Source of the DNA: Callorhinchus milii
Taxonomy: Eukaryota
Assembly (NCBI RefSeq): GCF_018977255.1
Contig: NW_024704742.1
Location: 101,372,001 to 101,436,000 of the forward strand
Direction of reading: 5' to 3'
DNA: 64,000 nucleotides
Under the pieces are notes generated by a model, which searched no databases, had not been told where the DNA came from, and saw only the letters and a list, made by a program, of their open reading frames with translations. The translations under genes were made by a program, and so were the position numbers. Below, in pieces: positions 9,806-22,859 of this stretch (positions are counted from its first letter, which is position 1; each line of letters begins with the position of its first letter).

Positions 9806-12800
9806 CAACAACAAGAACAAAAAAATTACATTTGTATTGTACCTTTCACATTGGGAGGATGTCCCAAGGCACTGGACAATCAGTGTTTCGGACCCAATCT
9901 GGTGGTCGGGATCAGGGAGGATGGACGGCAGAGTTCTGGATTATCTGCAGTTTATGGAGGGAAGACTTGGGGAGGCTGACAAGCAGGGAGTTTGCATAGT
10001 CAAGCCTGGATGTTCTAAATGCATGTATGAGGGTTTCGGCGGCCTGCAGTGTGAGCCAGTGGCAGTGCCAGGTAATCTTTCGTAGGGGGGGGAAGGCAGA
10101 GCAGGTCTTGGCATGGATGTGGGGTAGAAAGGATAGATGAGGGTCAAACAAGATACCAAGTTTCCGGACTGATTTAATGAGGTGGTGTGTGCATCTTTGG
10201 ATGGTGATGCTGGTAGCGCCTGAGGACTGAAGGCGTTGATGGGAGCCAATCAGGAGAGCTTCGGTTTTGTTGACATTCAACTGTAGAAAGTTAGCTCTCA
10301 TCCAGGACTTGATGTCTGACACACATTTTGTCAAGACAGCAGTTGTCCTGGAGTCAAGGGTGGAGGCAGAGAGATATAGTTGTGTGTCATCCGCATACAT
10401 GGCGAAGTTGATCCCATGTCTACGGATGATGTCACCACCAACAACAACAAAACTACATTTATAGAGCTCCTTTCACATTGGGAGGACGTCCCAAGGCGCT
10501 GGACGGTCAGGGATCAGGACCCAAGCATGGGGGAGGGCTGGGGAAGGGGTTAGGAAAGGCAGAGAGATGGGAGGAAGACTGAAGGCACGATTGAAGAGGA
10601 GGGTCTTGAGACCGGCTTTGAAGGAGGCAAGGGAGGAGGTGAGGTGAAGGGACTGTGGGATGGTGTTCCAGAGTGTGGGGCTAGAGAGGCTGAAAGCCCG
10701 GCCACCGATGGTAGGGCAGGTCGGGCAGAGACATGGAGCAGGCCGGAGCCCGCTGAACAGAGGGAGTGGGCAGGTTGGTAGGGAGTCAGCAGGTCAGAGA
10801 GGTAGGAGTGGGCAAGGCCACGGATGGCCTTGAAAGTGAGGATGAGGATCTTGAATTCGATCCTTTGGGGGATGAGGAGCCAGTGGAATCAGACGAGGGT
10901 GGGAGTGATGGGGTCACGGAGCCTGGTGCGCGAGAGTACATGAGCTGCAGAGTTTTGGATGATCTGCAGCTTGTGAAGGGAAGAGTTAGGAAGGCCGATG
11001 AGGAGGGACTTTCCATAATCGAGCCTTGATGTAACAAATGCGTTGGTAAGGGTTTCAGCAGCCTGAGGGGTGAGGCAGTGGTGGAATCTGGCAATATTGC
11101 GGAGGTGGTCGTTGGCAGTGCCGGTCATGGCGCGGATGTGGGGGAGAAAGGTCAGTTCATGGTCAAACAAGACACCCAGTTTTCTGACTGGCTTAGTAAG
11201 CTTGGGTGTGCAGCCATGAATGCTGATGCTGCCAGTGCCCGAGGTGCGGAGGCGCTGGCGCGAGCCAATCAGGAGGACCTTGGTCTTGCTGACGTTTAGT
11301 TGGAGAAAGTTGTTCCTCATCCAGGACTTGATGTCAGACAGGCAGTCGGTCAGGATGCCAGTAGTCCTGGAGTTGAGGGTGGAGGCAGAGAGATAGTGGA
11401 GTTGGGTGTCATTTGCATACATGTGGAAATTTACCCCATGTCTGCGGATGATGTCATCAAGGAGGAGGTGGGAGGAGAGGAGGATTGAGTGGTCCACAGT
11501 ATCAAAGGTAGTGGAGAGGTTGAGGAGGATGAGGAGGCAGAGGGAGCCCTGGTCACACACAGTCAGGATGTCATTTGTGACCTTGACCAGAGTGGTTTCC
11601 GTGATGTGGGCAACACAGAAACCCAATTGGAGGGGCTCATGAAGGGAGTGGGAGGAGAGAAAAGTGTGAAGCTGGGAGGCGATGGCTCTCTCAAGGACTT
11701 AGACAGAAAAGGAAGGTGGGAGATGGGTCGGTAGCTGGATAGATGTGATGGGTCAAGGGAAGGTTTCTTCAAGGTGAGTGTGATAGTGGCTGTTTTGAGG
11801 GGGTAATGAACAGTGCCAGATGACAGGGAGAGGTTGATGATGTCGGCGAGAAGTGGGGCAAGGAGGTGGAGCTGGGATTTAAGGAGAGGGGTGGGGATAG
11901 GGTCCATAGAGCAGGTGATGAGCTTCATGGAGGATATGGTGGTGATGACAGAGGAGGGGGTGACATGTTCAAAGGTGTGGAAGGAATGGGAAGTGGTCAG
12001 AGTGTGGGTGTGGGGTAGAGAGGTGGTGGAAGTTGGGAGTTGAGCGGATTCCCTTGATTTTGGACTCGAGGAAGTCCAGTATTTCCTCATAGTGGGAATC
12101 AGAGGAAAGAATCTGCGAGGTGTGGCATGGAGGGCGGAGGAGCTGGTTGGTGGTGGAGAACAGGAGCCTGCAGTTACCCTTCGCCTCCAGGATTAACCTG
12201 GGATAGAAGGACGATTTGACCAAGGCAAGAGCGGAGCGGTAGGTTTTGATGAGGTCCAGCCAGATGTGCTGGTGGACCGTTAGGCCAGATTTGAGCCAAG
12301 TGTGTTCGGCAGCCCACACCTGGCCCTTGAGCGAGCGGAGGTGACTGGTGAACCAGGATGAGGATCAGGAATAGGAGGCACTTCAGGAGGTGAGGGGGGC
12401 AAGGGCATCGAGTGTGGTGGAGAGGGTGCAGTGGAAGAGAGTAAACACAGAGGATGGGTTGGTGTGGGAGGTGGGCCAGAGGGGGAGGAGTTCAGAGAAC
12501 TCCAGGGCAATGGAAAGGGATTGTGGGGAGATCTTCTTCCATGAGCGGTAGAAGATGGTGGTAGGTTTGGTGGCAGTGGAGAGAGGGATATATGAGTTGA
12601 GGGAGATGAAATGATGATCATAGATGGCCTTGTCGGTGATGGTGATATCCGAGACGCTGAGGCCCCAGGTGATCACTAGGTCAAGCGGATCGCCATGAAC
12701 TTGGGTAGCAGAATGGATGTGGAGGGAAAGGCGGAGAGAGGAGAAGTCTGAGGAGGTGGAGCAGAAGGGAGTGAAGTGGAGTTTGAAGTCACCTAGAATG

Positions 12801-14159
12801 ATGAGGCGGTTAGAGCAGAGGCAGAGGGAAGCTAGAAGGGTGGAGATGTCAGAGATGAAGATGGGGGAGGATTTTGGGGGGTAGTAAATTAGAAGAATTT
12901 TTAGTGAGAGATGGGAAGGATGGCAGAGTGTAAGATGTTCAAAAAAGGGGAATAGGGGGATAGGGCAAGTGATGCCCTGGAGATGAGGGCCACACTACCG
13001 CCATGGTGGTTGGGGCATGGGGCATGGTGGTAGGTATAGCTGGGTGGTGTGGGCTCAGTAGGGGGAAGATGTCACCTGGGGTGATCCAGGTTTTCGTGAG
13101 GGCCATAATATCAACGTTCTCATCGAGGATGAGATCATTGATGCCCAGGGTCTTATTGCAGATGGAGCAGACATTTTGAAGGCCAAAGTGGATGGACAGT
13201 TGGCAGGGAGATGTGTGGGATGGGAGGGGGTAGTGGATTGGTTGACAGGGAGGATGGGGATAAGGACGAGGGAGGAGAGGTTAGCCACCAGAGGTTGGGT
13301 CCGGGGTGGCTTGGGGAGGTATTGGGAAATGGGGCAGTCGGTGTGGCTGTTGCTGGGCAGCCAATGCTGAGTGCCACAATGAGCCCAGTGGAGGATTCCC
13401 AGCAGGAGCAGAGGGAGGCAGTGGGGTGTCAAGCAGAGAGGAGGCAGGGAGGGCAGAGAGAGATCAGGATAGAGCGGGAGAGTTGCAGGGAGGGGGGCAT
13501 GAGGAGGAGGAGGTGGCTCCATGAGGAGGCACCAAGAGGCAGCATGTAGATATTGAAGAGAAGGGGACCAAGAACAGAGCCCCGAGGAATGCCACATGAG
13601 ACGGTGTGGGGGCTAGAGGAGAAACTGTTTGTGGAGATGGTGTGAGAGGTATGATCTGAACAATTCAAGGACAGAACCATGAAAGTTGAGGTGAGGGGAG
13701 GGGCAGCGGAGGACGCTAGAGTGGTCAACAGTATCAAAGGCAACAGAGAGGTCAAGGAGGACAAGGAGGCAGAAGGAGCCCTGGAGCAGATGGACAGAAT
13801 ATCATTTGCTATTTTGACCAGAGCTGTTTCTGCACTGTGGGCTGCACGGAAACACAATTGGAGGTGTTTGAAGGGATTAGCAAGAGAGGAAGGAGCGAAG
13901 CTGGGAAGCAACGACTCATTCCTGGACCTTGGAAAGGAAAGGGAGGTTGGAGATGGGCGGTGGTTTAAAAGCAGGGATGGATCCAGAGAGAATTTTTTTA
14001 AGGATAGGAGTGATGACGCCCATTTTTAAAGAGGTGGAAACAGTGCCAGTGGACAGGGAGAGGTTTATGATGTCTGTGAGTACCGGGGGGTAAGGAGGTG
14101 TAGCTGGGAGGTAAGGAGTGGGGTAGGGATGGGGTCGAGGGAGCTGGTCGTTGGTTTCA
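9806..14159 (-). mobile_element. L2 LINE (RT region), split by a nested L2 at 10438-13529
   Basis: ORF 9912-10400 (YADDTQLY) joins to LGPLLFNIYMLPLG at about 13530-13570. ORF 13429-13911 (FRAAHSAETALVK). Confidence 0.88.
10438..13529 (-). mobile_element. Long L2 copy covering nearly all of ORF2 (APE endonuclease plus RT), with frameshifts and deletions
   Basis: Endonuclease remnants at about 12600-13180 (GDFKLHF, LDLVITWGL, YDHHFI). RT at 10889-11626 (YANDTQL). (GTT)n tail at 10441. CACCA(A) duplicated at both junctions. Confidence 0.92.
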
Positions 14160-14355
14160 GACATCCAGAGGATCGGTGTGAGCACCATCATTTTCGTGGT
14201 AGATAATGATCCGTCACCATATTCGATGCAACATCTTCCATAATATGATGGAGTGACGAAGTGAAATGCATCTCTGACGGCTTGTTTCAGCTCCTCCATA
14301 GTCTCATATAGCTGTTTTGTAACAGAGGTTAACATGACTGTGTGGACACCCTGTA
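14160..14355 (-). mobile_element. Internally deleted Tc1/mariner-superfamily DNA transposon fragment
   Basis: Minus strand begins TA-CAGGGTGTCCA (TA target plus typical terminus). It then encodes KQLYETMEELKQAVRDAF and, after a frameshift, ENDGAHTDPLDV-stop, resembling a transposase C-terminus. Confidence 0.7.
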
Positions 14356-15381
14356 CAATTCTTCACTTTGTGCAAGTGAATGATTCTGGGAGTGTGACAT
14401 TTCTATCAATCGTCAGAGTGGAAATTGGGAATGGGACCGAGTCAAATTGTGGGATTGCCTATGAGGGAGTTTAATTGACAGTTCTTTTAGGGTTTCTCAC
14501 CAAATTTCTATTATCAATTTTTTTTCCTAATTGGAATTTTTTCTGTGAATTATAGTTCCATAATTTATAAGTTTTGACCCAATTTTTGTTGTAATAATAA
14601 TTCTTGCATTTAATACAGTGCCTTTCATGTTTCAATGCATTTCACAGGATACACAATACTGTAGATTGTAGTTACTGTGTATTTTGCAGTCAAATGTTGT
14701 TGGTAGAGAGAAAATTCAGAAACGCGGTTGTCAACCTCTACCAAAATTATTAAATTATTATTTAGAGAATAGCAAAATTATGATAGGATAATTTAGAGAT
14801 ATCAAACATCTGCACAATCTTAAATTTTAAGAGAAAATGGTCTTTCAGGCTAGGATTAAGAGGAATTTCCAGCCTCTGGTCTCCAGATGTGAATCAAAGG
14901 TCAGATGTCAGACCATATAATATATTCTGTAGTGCATATCCTGGGACTGTGGGAGAAGAGATGAAGAAATGTCACTTGTGAATTATACTTCATGCAATCT
15001 TTTTATCTGTTTTTGGTCTGTGAGGAATATTTACACACACTGGCAATGCACTGAATGTCCTGTCTAATTATTAACTGCTGAGAGCTCAGTATAAGTGTTG
15101 CTGGGTTTCTGTGTGGTCATTGTGAGTCAACATTGTCCAAGAAATCCCTGGGTGAAAATTATAAACTATATCGGTTAGTGAATGGATAAAGAAATGGAAG
15201 ACAGACAGTTTGGTATTATTTGCATTTCAGTATCTCTACAGTAAACAAGATAATAGGAGCTCATTAAATGAACCCAATTTCTTGGTTACACTCACCCGAG
15301 GTTATTAAAGAAACTCCTGAATGTTACAGATAGCAAAATTGCTGGACAGCTGAGAAGGAAGAAAGGGAGAAATAAATCTGG

Positions 15382-15720
15382 AATAATAATCCTTGCATTT
15401 CACGTCATATAGATATCTCAAAGCATGCTACCTCATCACAGGAGTTTACTGTGTAGTCACTGTGTATTTGTAGGTGAACAAGGCAGTCAATTACAGCAAA
15501 GCAATTTCCCACAAAGAACGATGATGTTAATGACCAGTAGAAACTCCCTTATCTTTTTCATTAGTGCCATGGGAACTTTAACATCCAGCTGAATAGGCAG
15601 ATGGGACTTTAGTTTAGTGTGTCACGCAAAAGACGCCCTAGACTATGAGCTTGAAATCTAATGTGGAATTCAAAGCCACAACCTTCTGTCTCAGAGGCGA
15701 GAGTGCTACAATTGAGGCAG
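15382..15720 (-). mobile_element. Older Deu-domain tRNA-SINE (SacSINE1-like family)
   Basis: Head on the reverse strand (CCACAACCTTCTGTCTCAGAGGCGAGAGTGCTAC) and an AATAATCCTTGCATTT tail. Confidence 0.75.
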
Positions 15721-15767
15721 GTTAACCTAAAATAAACCTAAAAGCCTTGCAAGAGAAAATGAAAAAT

Positions 15768-16620
15768 ACAACACAACTTGTACTTATATGGCTTCCTCCA
15801 TAGAGTGGAGCATCTCAGAGTGCTTAACAGTGGGGGAGCCTGACTCTGACGCAGGGGGATGGGGGGGTGGCCATACACACGGTCGAAGAGGAAACTTTTC
15901 AGGTGGAACTGGAAAGAGTCTTGAAAGATAGAGGGGGCAAGTTGGAGGGATTGAGGGAGAGTTTTCCAGAGTTTTGGGGTATAGTGGCTGAAAGCATAAT
16001 CTCCGATTGTGGAGAGTGCGAGGGACGAGCAGGAGGTGCCGGGTGGTGGAATCGGGAGTGAGGAGGTCAGATAGGTAGGGAGGTGCCTGAGAGCAAAGGG
16101 ATTTGAACACAAGCATGAGGATCTTGATGATGATGGGGACCAGTGGAGCCTGGCCGGAACACGTGAGATGTGGGTATGGCATTCGATCCAGGTCAGTATA
16201 GGGCCAGCAGAGTTTTGAATGAGCTGCAACTTTTGAATAGTAGAGCTGGGGAGACTGTCGAGGAGTACGTTGGAGTAATCCAAGCGGGCGGTGACAAATG
16301 CATGCATGCAGGTTTCGGCTGCATTTGGGGTAAGGTATGGTCGGAGGCGGACAATGTGGCAGAGGTGGAAGAAGGTGTTCCTGGTCAGGGACTGGATATG
16401 GGGGAGGAAGGACAGCTGCGGGTCAAACTGGATGCTTAGATTGGGCACTGGTTTGGTGAGTCTGAGGGAGATCCCAAGGAGGTTGAGGAGTTTAGATCCG
16501 CAGGAGTGAAGACATTGACGGGATCCAAGGAGTATGGCTTTCATCATCTCCATATTCAGTTGCAGGAAGTTTACACTCATCCAGGCCTGGATGTCTGCCA
16601 GACAAGCTGACAGAACACTG
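15768..16620 (-). mobile_element. 5'-truncated L2 LINE (second subfamily)
   Basis: ORF 15738-16580 (NFLQLN, FVTARLDYSN, QLIQNSA). Confidence 0.9.
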
Positions 16621-18289
16621 ATTGTATGATTTCTGGAAAATGTTTTACTTTTTTATTTAAACGATTATCTCTCCAACTTGAATAATATTTAACAAAATGT
16701 ACAGTTATACTCCGTTTCTGGGACTCTTCTACTTTAATTTTAACTTGAAAGTTCCAGGCATTGTGTGTTGAAGAGATGGTTGATAGCTACGAATTTTGTT
16801 GGTTATTCAGCAGTTTTATCATTTTGTATGCCAGTGATGGATCTCTTTTTACTGCTCATTCACAAAATCCACACTTGGCTAGCAGATGGTGCTGAAAAGA
16901 TTCTCTTGTGCACTTTGGAAATCAGATAAGGTCAGTGTGGAGTAAAACCAAGCATGCAGATTAATTCTAGTTTATTGCTTTCATAAATTAGAATTTACTG
17001 TCACCAGCTGAAAGCTTCCAAGGATATAGCAGAAGCTGCTTCAAGCACTATCAAGAAGCAATATAGCTCTTCCATTGACCGGATCAGTCATGTGTCATTG
17101 AAGGGTAAATTGCTTGTTGATTTCTATATACATCAGGAACTAGCAATAAATACAAGTATGCCACTATTAATCACATGCATTTCTAAATTATTTGGGTATT
17201 AATCTGGCACCAAAATACTGTTATTTTGTATTTAATTAAATATATTTATTTGCTGCTCTTCACTCCACGTATTATTCTCATAATTTGCTCATAATCTTTC
17301 AAAGCTTTTGTATTATAATAATATTAGTATTTGGCTGAAATAATAATTTATGATAAATAGTAACACTGAGCATCTTAAAGTATAGGATAATAATAATAAT
17401 AATAATAATCGTCATCATCCTTGCATTTGATATAGTGCCTTATCATGTCTTCAGGTGGCTGGGGAGGGGGGGGTGGGGGAAGCTTTGTGACATTCAGTGT
17501 AAGAATTACCATGACTGGTAATATTACATGGTTGGAAAATCTGCCTCTCTTGATGTCACAGATGATGTTTGGCCAAAGGTTAACATTTACATTCCCCTGA
17601 CTTTGTGAAAATGGTTCAAGCTGAAGCTATTATGGAGGACATTGAACCTGACGCCCATGGCCGCGCAGCATTTCAATGCCAGTTTGCAGTATCAACAATG
17701 AGGGGGCATATATCCAGGCTCAAACTTTTTTTTCACTGACTCTAGGGGGTGTGGGGGGTGATGGTAGGAAAGACAGACATTGACTGAGAAATCAACATGG
17801 CTGACATTTCTGGTGATAAGATAATATCACTGATGACATTTATTATATTGAATGGCACAATTTTCATCCTCAGACTGACTGACTAATTAACTAACTAAAG
17901 AAGGAAGGAAGGATATAGGAAGAAGCAGGGAAATGGAATTAGGTAAAACAAGCTCAATAGATCAAATGACTTACTCCTGTTTCTGCTGACTAGGTATGCA
18001 GAGATATTGCATCTCAGTGTTCAAAGTGCTATCTCACAAAGTAGCAGGATGCTGATTCCTCACTCCCCATGTTCTTAATCTCAAGCTTGTTTTCAGTGGT
18101 GCTGCAGTGTCAAGACCAAATGTTATCTCTCAGTGAAGAATGGATAATCAAAGAATAGGTTATTTTGGACCAATTCTGTTGACTTCCTGGCTGTCAGATT
18201 GAAATGAGGATTGGTAGTGAAGTGACAGCACAGATTGGAACTGAGATTGGGAAATGATTTAAAATTAGAGCTAAATCTGTTAGATGTGA

Positions 18290-19435
18290 ATTCAAAAAAC
18301 ATTCACATGGAGAGTTCTGAGAATGCAGAATGCAGAGAGCAATCAATACTACAAGTGGGAAGACTGGCTTTTATCACAAGAAGTCTAGAAAATAAAGGTA
18401 ATGTGCTCCAGTTATATAGAGTTTTGGTCATATCTCACACTGTGTTTAGTTTTGGGCTCTGAATCTTAGAAAGGATATAATAATAATAATAATCCCTGTA
18501 TTTGATATAGCACTTTCATAACATTGCCCAAACACTTGCAAGCATTCCACGGGTTTTAAGGTTAAGTATGATAACTATGCACTTGTACGGTTTCCAGCAA
18601 CGGTTTAAGAGAATAAATCGTAAAGTCCTGTAGCGTATTTTTTAGAGCACTCGCCTTGCAAGTGAGAGGAACCGGGTTTGATTCCCGGTCAGAGCAAAAC
18701 GTTAGGCAAATTTCCTTACTCTACATACCTCTGTTTACCTAACAGTAAGCACAAACTTGGTTGTTAGTCGATTGGTGGATCGCTTTTCTGGACGTAATAA
18801 TCCTTCGTCCCAAAAAATAATAATTTGGTCACTCAATCTATGACTGTTTGTGGGACACTGTTGTGTACAATTGGCTGCCGCATTTGCCCACAAAATATAC
18901 AGTCAACTCACTTTACAGTATATTCTATGAAGCTTTGGAATGTCTCGAAGACGTAGTAAGGGCTAAATCAAATACAAGGATTATTGTTATTTTTATAATG
19001 CCTGGTTGGAAATTGCTTAGCTTTGATGAGAGGTTAGGTGTACTTGGTTCATATTCCTTAGAGCAGTGGAGGTAATGAGATGATTTAATTGAGGTATTTA
19101 AAGTGTTTAAAGGAATTGACAGGTTAGATTCTGGATGACTTACAAGGAGGTATAGAATTAAAATGAGAACCAACATGGCTGGAACTGAGGTCAGGAAGCA
19201 TTTCTTCATACATAAGATTGTGAACGTGTAAAATACTCAGCCCAAGAAAGCTGTAGAAATGGAATCAATAGGAATATTTAAAAAGAGATGAATAGATACT
19301 TGAGTAGTAGAGATAGATATTAGGGGAATGGTGAAAGGGAGGCACATTGGGATTAAACGATCTGCTAAATTCCAATAAACTGGTGAAACAGGCTCGATGG
19401 GCAGAATGGCCACAATGTGTTCCTGTATTTTCTAT
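18290..19435 (+). mobile_element. Degenerate CR1 LINE 3' part with nested SINEs
   Basis: LAFITRSLENK..LQLYRVLV and SFDERLGVLGSYSLEQ coding. CR1 3' UTR GGCTCGATGGGCAGAATGGCC. Confidence 0.75.
18622..18995 (+). mobile_element. tRNA-Ala-derived SINE, long form
   Basis: GTCCTGTAGC head, long internal block, Deu-like body, AAATACAAGGATTATT tail. Confidence 0.85.
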
Positions 19436-20591
19436 ATGCCTATCCCCAGAAGATTGTAAAGGCACAATCAATTAGGATATTTATAAATTACTGATTACCC
19501 TGTGTAGCCCCTTCTAAGGAGACTGTCTCTTTCCAGTCACACCCAAAACTTCTGGAAGAGCCAGTACTAGCTTGTTTTGATTCATTTATGTGCAAATGAT
19601 GGCCCAGACCTGATTGGACAATAAACGTTTTGATTCTTAATTTAGGAGATTAAATGTTATTAATCCCTCTCTTGGAATGTCACTTGTTTGTGCAATTACA
19701 TTTCTTTAATTCTTACAATTAAATAACTAAATTGCTTTAAAGGATAGGAGTTCCTAGAATGAAGTAACACAAAATAGCAAAAAGGAAAAAGTATAACAGG
19801 GAGCTGCATAAATACTTGAAAAGACAGACTATTAAGGATCATGCAGAAAAGGTGGAGAGATAGGATTAAAAGATCTCCCATGATCTAACAAACTAGCAGA
19901 GCTGGTTTAGATGCTCTGAATGGTCTCCTTTTTCTTATATGTTACACACTTGATCTTTTAGTTTGGGAATGTTTTTAGCTGGTTAAACTTCAAAAGTCAC
20001 CCCAACACATACTGGAGTCCCAAGCCATGCATTTGTGGAACTCTCAGCCTAGTTTGGAACCCCCTAAGCATGGTAATGAGTTTGCACATGTCACACACAT
20101 CAAAAAATAGTTCAGGAAGGATGGAAAAATGTAAGAGAAAAATATAATTTGAAAAAATATGACTGAAAAATTATGGCTGACATTATTCACATAATACCAA
20201 TACATCATATTGCTGCTCAACTGCAGGTCATAACATTGTATGCAAAGCAGTAGATAAAATAGCGAAGAGGACAAATTAAAATGGCTGACAGAATTTTGGG
20301 GTTTCACTAGAGGGAGAATAATCATGCTGGAGAAACAAGTATTTGTATCCCAGCAATTGCAATCTTGCTTGTTCAAAACACTGTGAACAAATATAGATTG
20401 CATATTACGATTTTGGGGTGAATCAAGTGCGACACTGTGAATCCTGCTGTGAAAATCAAATCTTATCCAGAATCTGAAAAGACAACCGTTGGAACATTTC
20501 ATAATTTTGCTCAGACCCCAGTGAATTTGAGCCTAATCATTACTCCCTCATTAATTATTACACCCCTAATCTTTCTGAAATTCCCTGCCTC

Positions 20592-20905
20592 AATAATAAT
20601 AATAATCCTTGCATTTGATATAGCGCTTTTCACGGCTTCTAGACGTCCCAAAGCGCTTCACAGAATATACTGTAAAGTGAATTGACTGTATATTTGTGGG
20701 CGAATGCGGCAGCCAGTTGCGCACAGCAATGTCTCACCAACAGTCATGGATTGAAAATGATCAACTTATTATTGTTTTGGGTTTTGGAGGGATTATTATT
20801 AGGCGTGTGGAGTAAGGAAACTTGCCCAAGGTTTCGCCCTGCCTGGAATTGAACTCAGGTCTCTCACTTACAAAGCGAGTGCTCTACCACTGAGCTACAG
20901 GACCC
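20592..20905 (-). mobile_element. tRNA-Ala-derived SINE, short form
   Basis: Reverse complement of the 8127 element over its full length. Confidence 0.92.
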
Positions 20906-21085
20906 CCCACCCTGCCCTCCCCCCTGCACCACCCCCCCCCCACACACACACACACTTTATCTTTAAATTCCACCTGAAAATCTACCTCTTCGACTATGCC
21001 TCTTTTTCCTCCCCCTGCTTTGTTGCTTGGCATCCATCTCCACCATAGCACTCCGAGATATTATCCTATGTGAGGGTCGCTATAT

Positions 21086-21317
21086 AATAATAATCCTTGA
21101 ATTTGATGCAGCGTCTTATCATGTTGTTGAGACATCTCAAAGCTCTTCACAGAATATATTGTAAAATGAATTGACTGTGTATTTTGTGGACGAAACACAG
21201 CAGCTAATCACACGCAGCAATGTCCCATAATCAGTTGTGGATTGAGTGACCAAATTTTTTTTTTTGAGGGGTTATTATCCTGGGAAAGCAATTTACCAAT
21301 CGGATAACAAACTGGTA
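21086..21317 (-). mobile_element. 5'-truncated long-form SINE inserted in an L2 tail
   Basis: The host L2 tail (GGTCGCTATAT ... AGATGCAAGTTG) is split by the SINE 3' half. Confidence 0.75.
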
Positions 21318-21464
21318 CATAGATGCAAGTTGGAGGAAATATATAAATCTTTGTATTTTGAGTCTCTTTATTTGGAAGCTCAGAGAAATAATTGCAGATA
21401 AATCTTCCTGTTACAATCGAAAGGTCTGTACAAAATTAACTTTGATCCAAACCATGTAAAGCTG

Positions 21465-21775
21465 CTTAGCTCAGTTAGGAGCAGCACTTTCACCTCTGTG
21501 TCTGAAAGTTCAAGATTTGTAACTCATAGAGGCTAAGATGGCTTTGCAATGCACCGCTGGTGGGGGGAGGTGTTGCATTGTTGGAGGTGCCATCCTTCAG
21601 ATAAGACATTAAAACTGAAGCCTAGTCCACCTGTTCAGGTGGATGCTAACAATCCATTGGAGCTATTCAAAAAGAGAACATAGTTTCTCCCGGCAATCCC
21701 CCAAATAAAATAAAATAAAACACGGCTGTTTGTGGACATTGCTGTGTGCAGGTTGACTGCCATTTTCAATCACAA
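21465..21775 (+). mobile_element. Older Deu-domain tRNA-SINE
   Basis: AGCTCAGTTAGGAGCAGCACTTTCACCTCTG head and GGCTGTTTGTGGACATTGCTGTGTGC core. Confidence 0.7.
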
Positions 21776-22859
21776 GGATGTCAGGGTGGCTGTTCTGGAA
21801 GGATGAGATACAAATTAACCAAAGGGCCTTCTTCAATCGAACCTCTCTTGTGATCTTTACCCAGTATGTATAAACTTTCATGGAAACACATCAAATCCAT
21901 CTGCCACTCCTTGGTCTATTTTTTAATGGGTTCCTATTTTGTTGAGGATGGCTCATTTCTTATATATTTGTCATCTGGCTTTGCATTATCAAAACATGTT
22001 TAATTGAACCAAGTTGGTTATATGAGTGTGCTAATAGCTGGCAAACCAAAGCAGACCCCTTCAAAACTCTACTTAGTCCCAGCCCCAAACAGCTTTGCCC
22101 TTTATCATTACCTTTTGCTTTCTAATATAAGACTAAACCAGTTTTCAAACCACTTGCTGATTAATTTGGAAACCGGTAAAACACTTTAAAAATCTTCTTT
22201 AAAAGTCTTACAACCTCTGAAAATATAAATAATTGACATCATTGAATAATCTTCATCCACTGGTTTAGTTACTTGTTCAAAATATCCAGCAGTTTACTGA
22301 AGCATGACCAAATGCTTTTAAATCCATTTGACTGCTTTTTATAGCCTCTATGCTCTTTAATAGGGATAGGACAACTGAGTAGTTAAAAGAGTGTGTACAT
22401 AATACACATAAAGCTTTCCAATATACACTGACATTCAGTACATGAATGATGGATGCCATGCAGGTGCATTGCTATGTAAGTATGAGAAGTTGTTGAGTTT
22501 CGTATTTCTGAATAAGTAGGTAAGAAATTACCTTTACGGAGAAAGTGTCATTTCTGAATTGCAACCATAAATTGCGTGGAAATTTTAGCTAGTTTGAAAC
22601 ATGAATAAAAGAAAGATGATCCCAAATGTTTTGAAGCATAATATAGCAAATTGAGCAGAACATCAGATCCAAATGATGGGATAGGATAACATCCCTCCAG
22701 TCCTCCAGTTGCATTGGATAAACAGCCGGCAGGAGTGCGAGAGGCCCGGGTGGTTTTTAGTCGTTTTATAGCGGATGACCCTTTCTATAGTGAATTCTGT
22801 GGCAAAATTGTGGCCATACTTTTCTATTGGTCCAGGTTATGAACAATAATCAGACAAGC

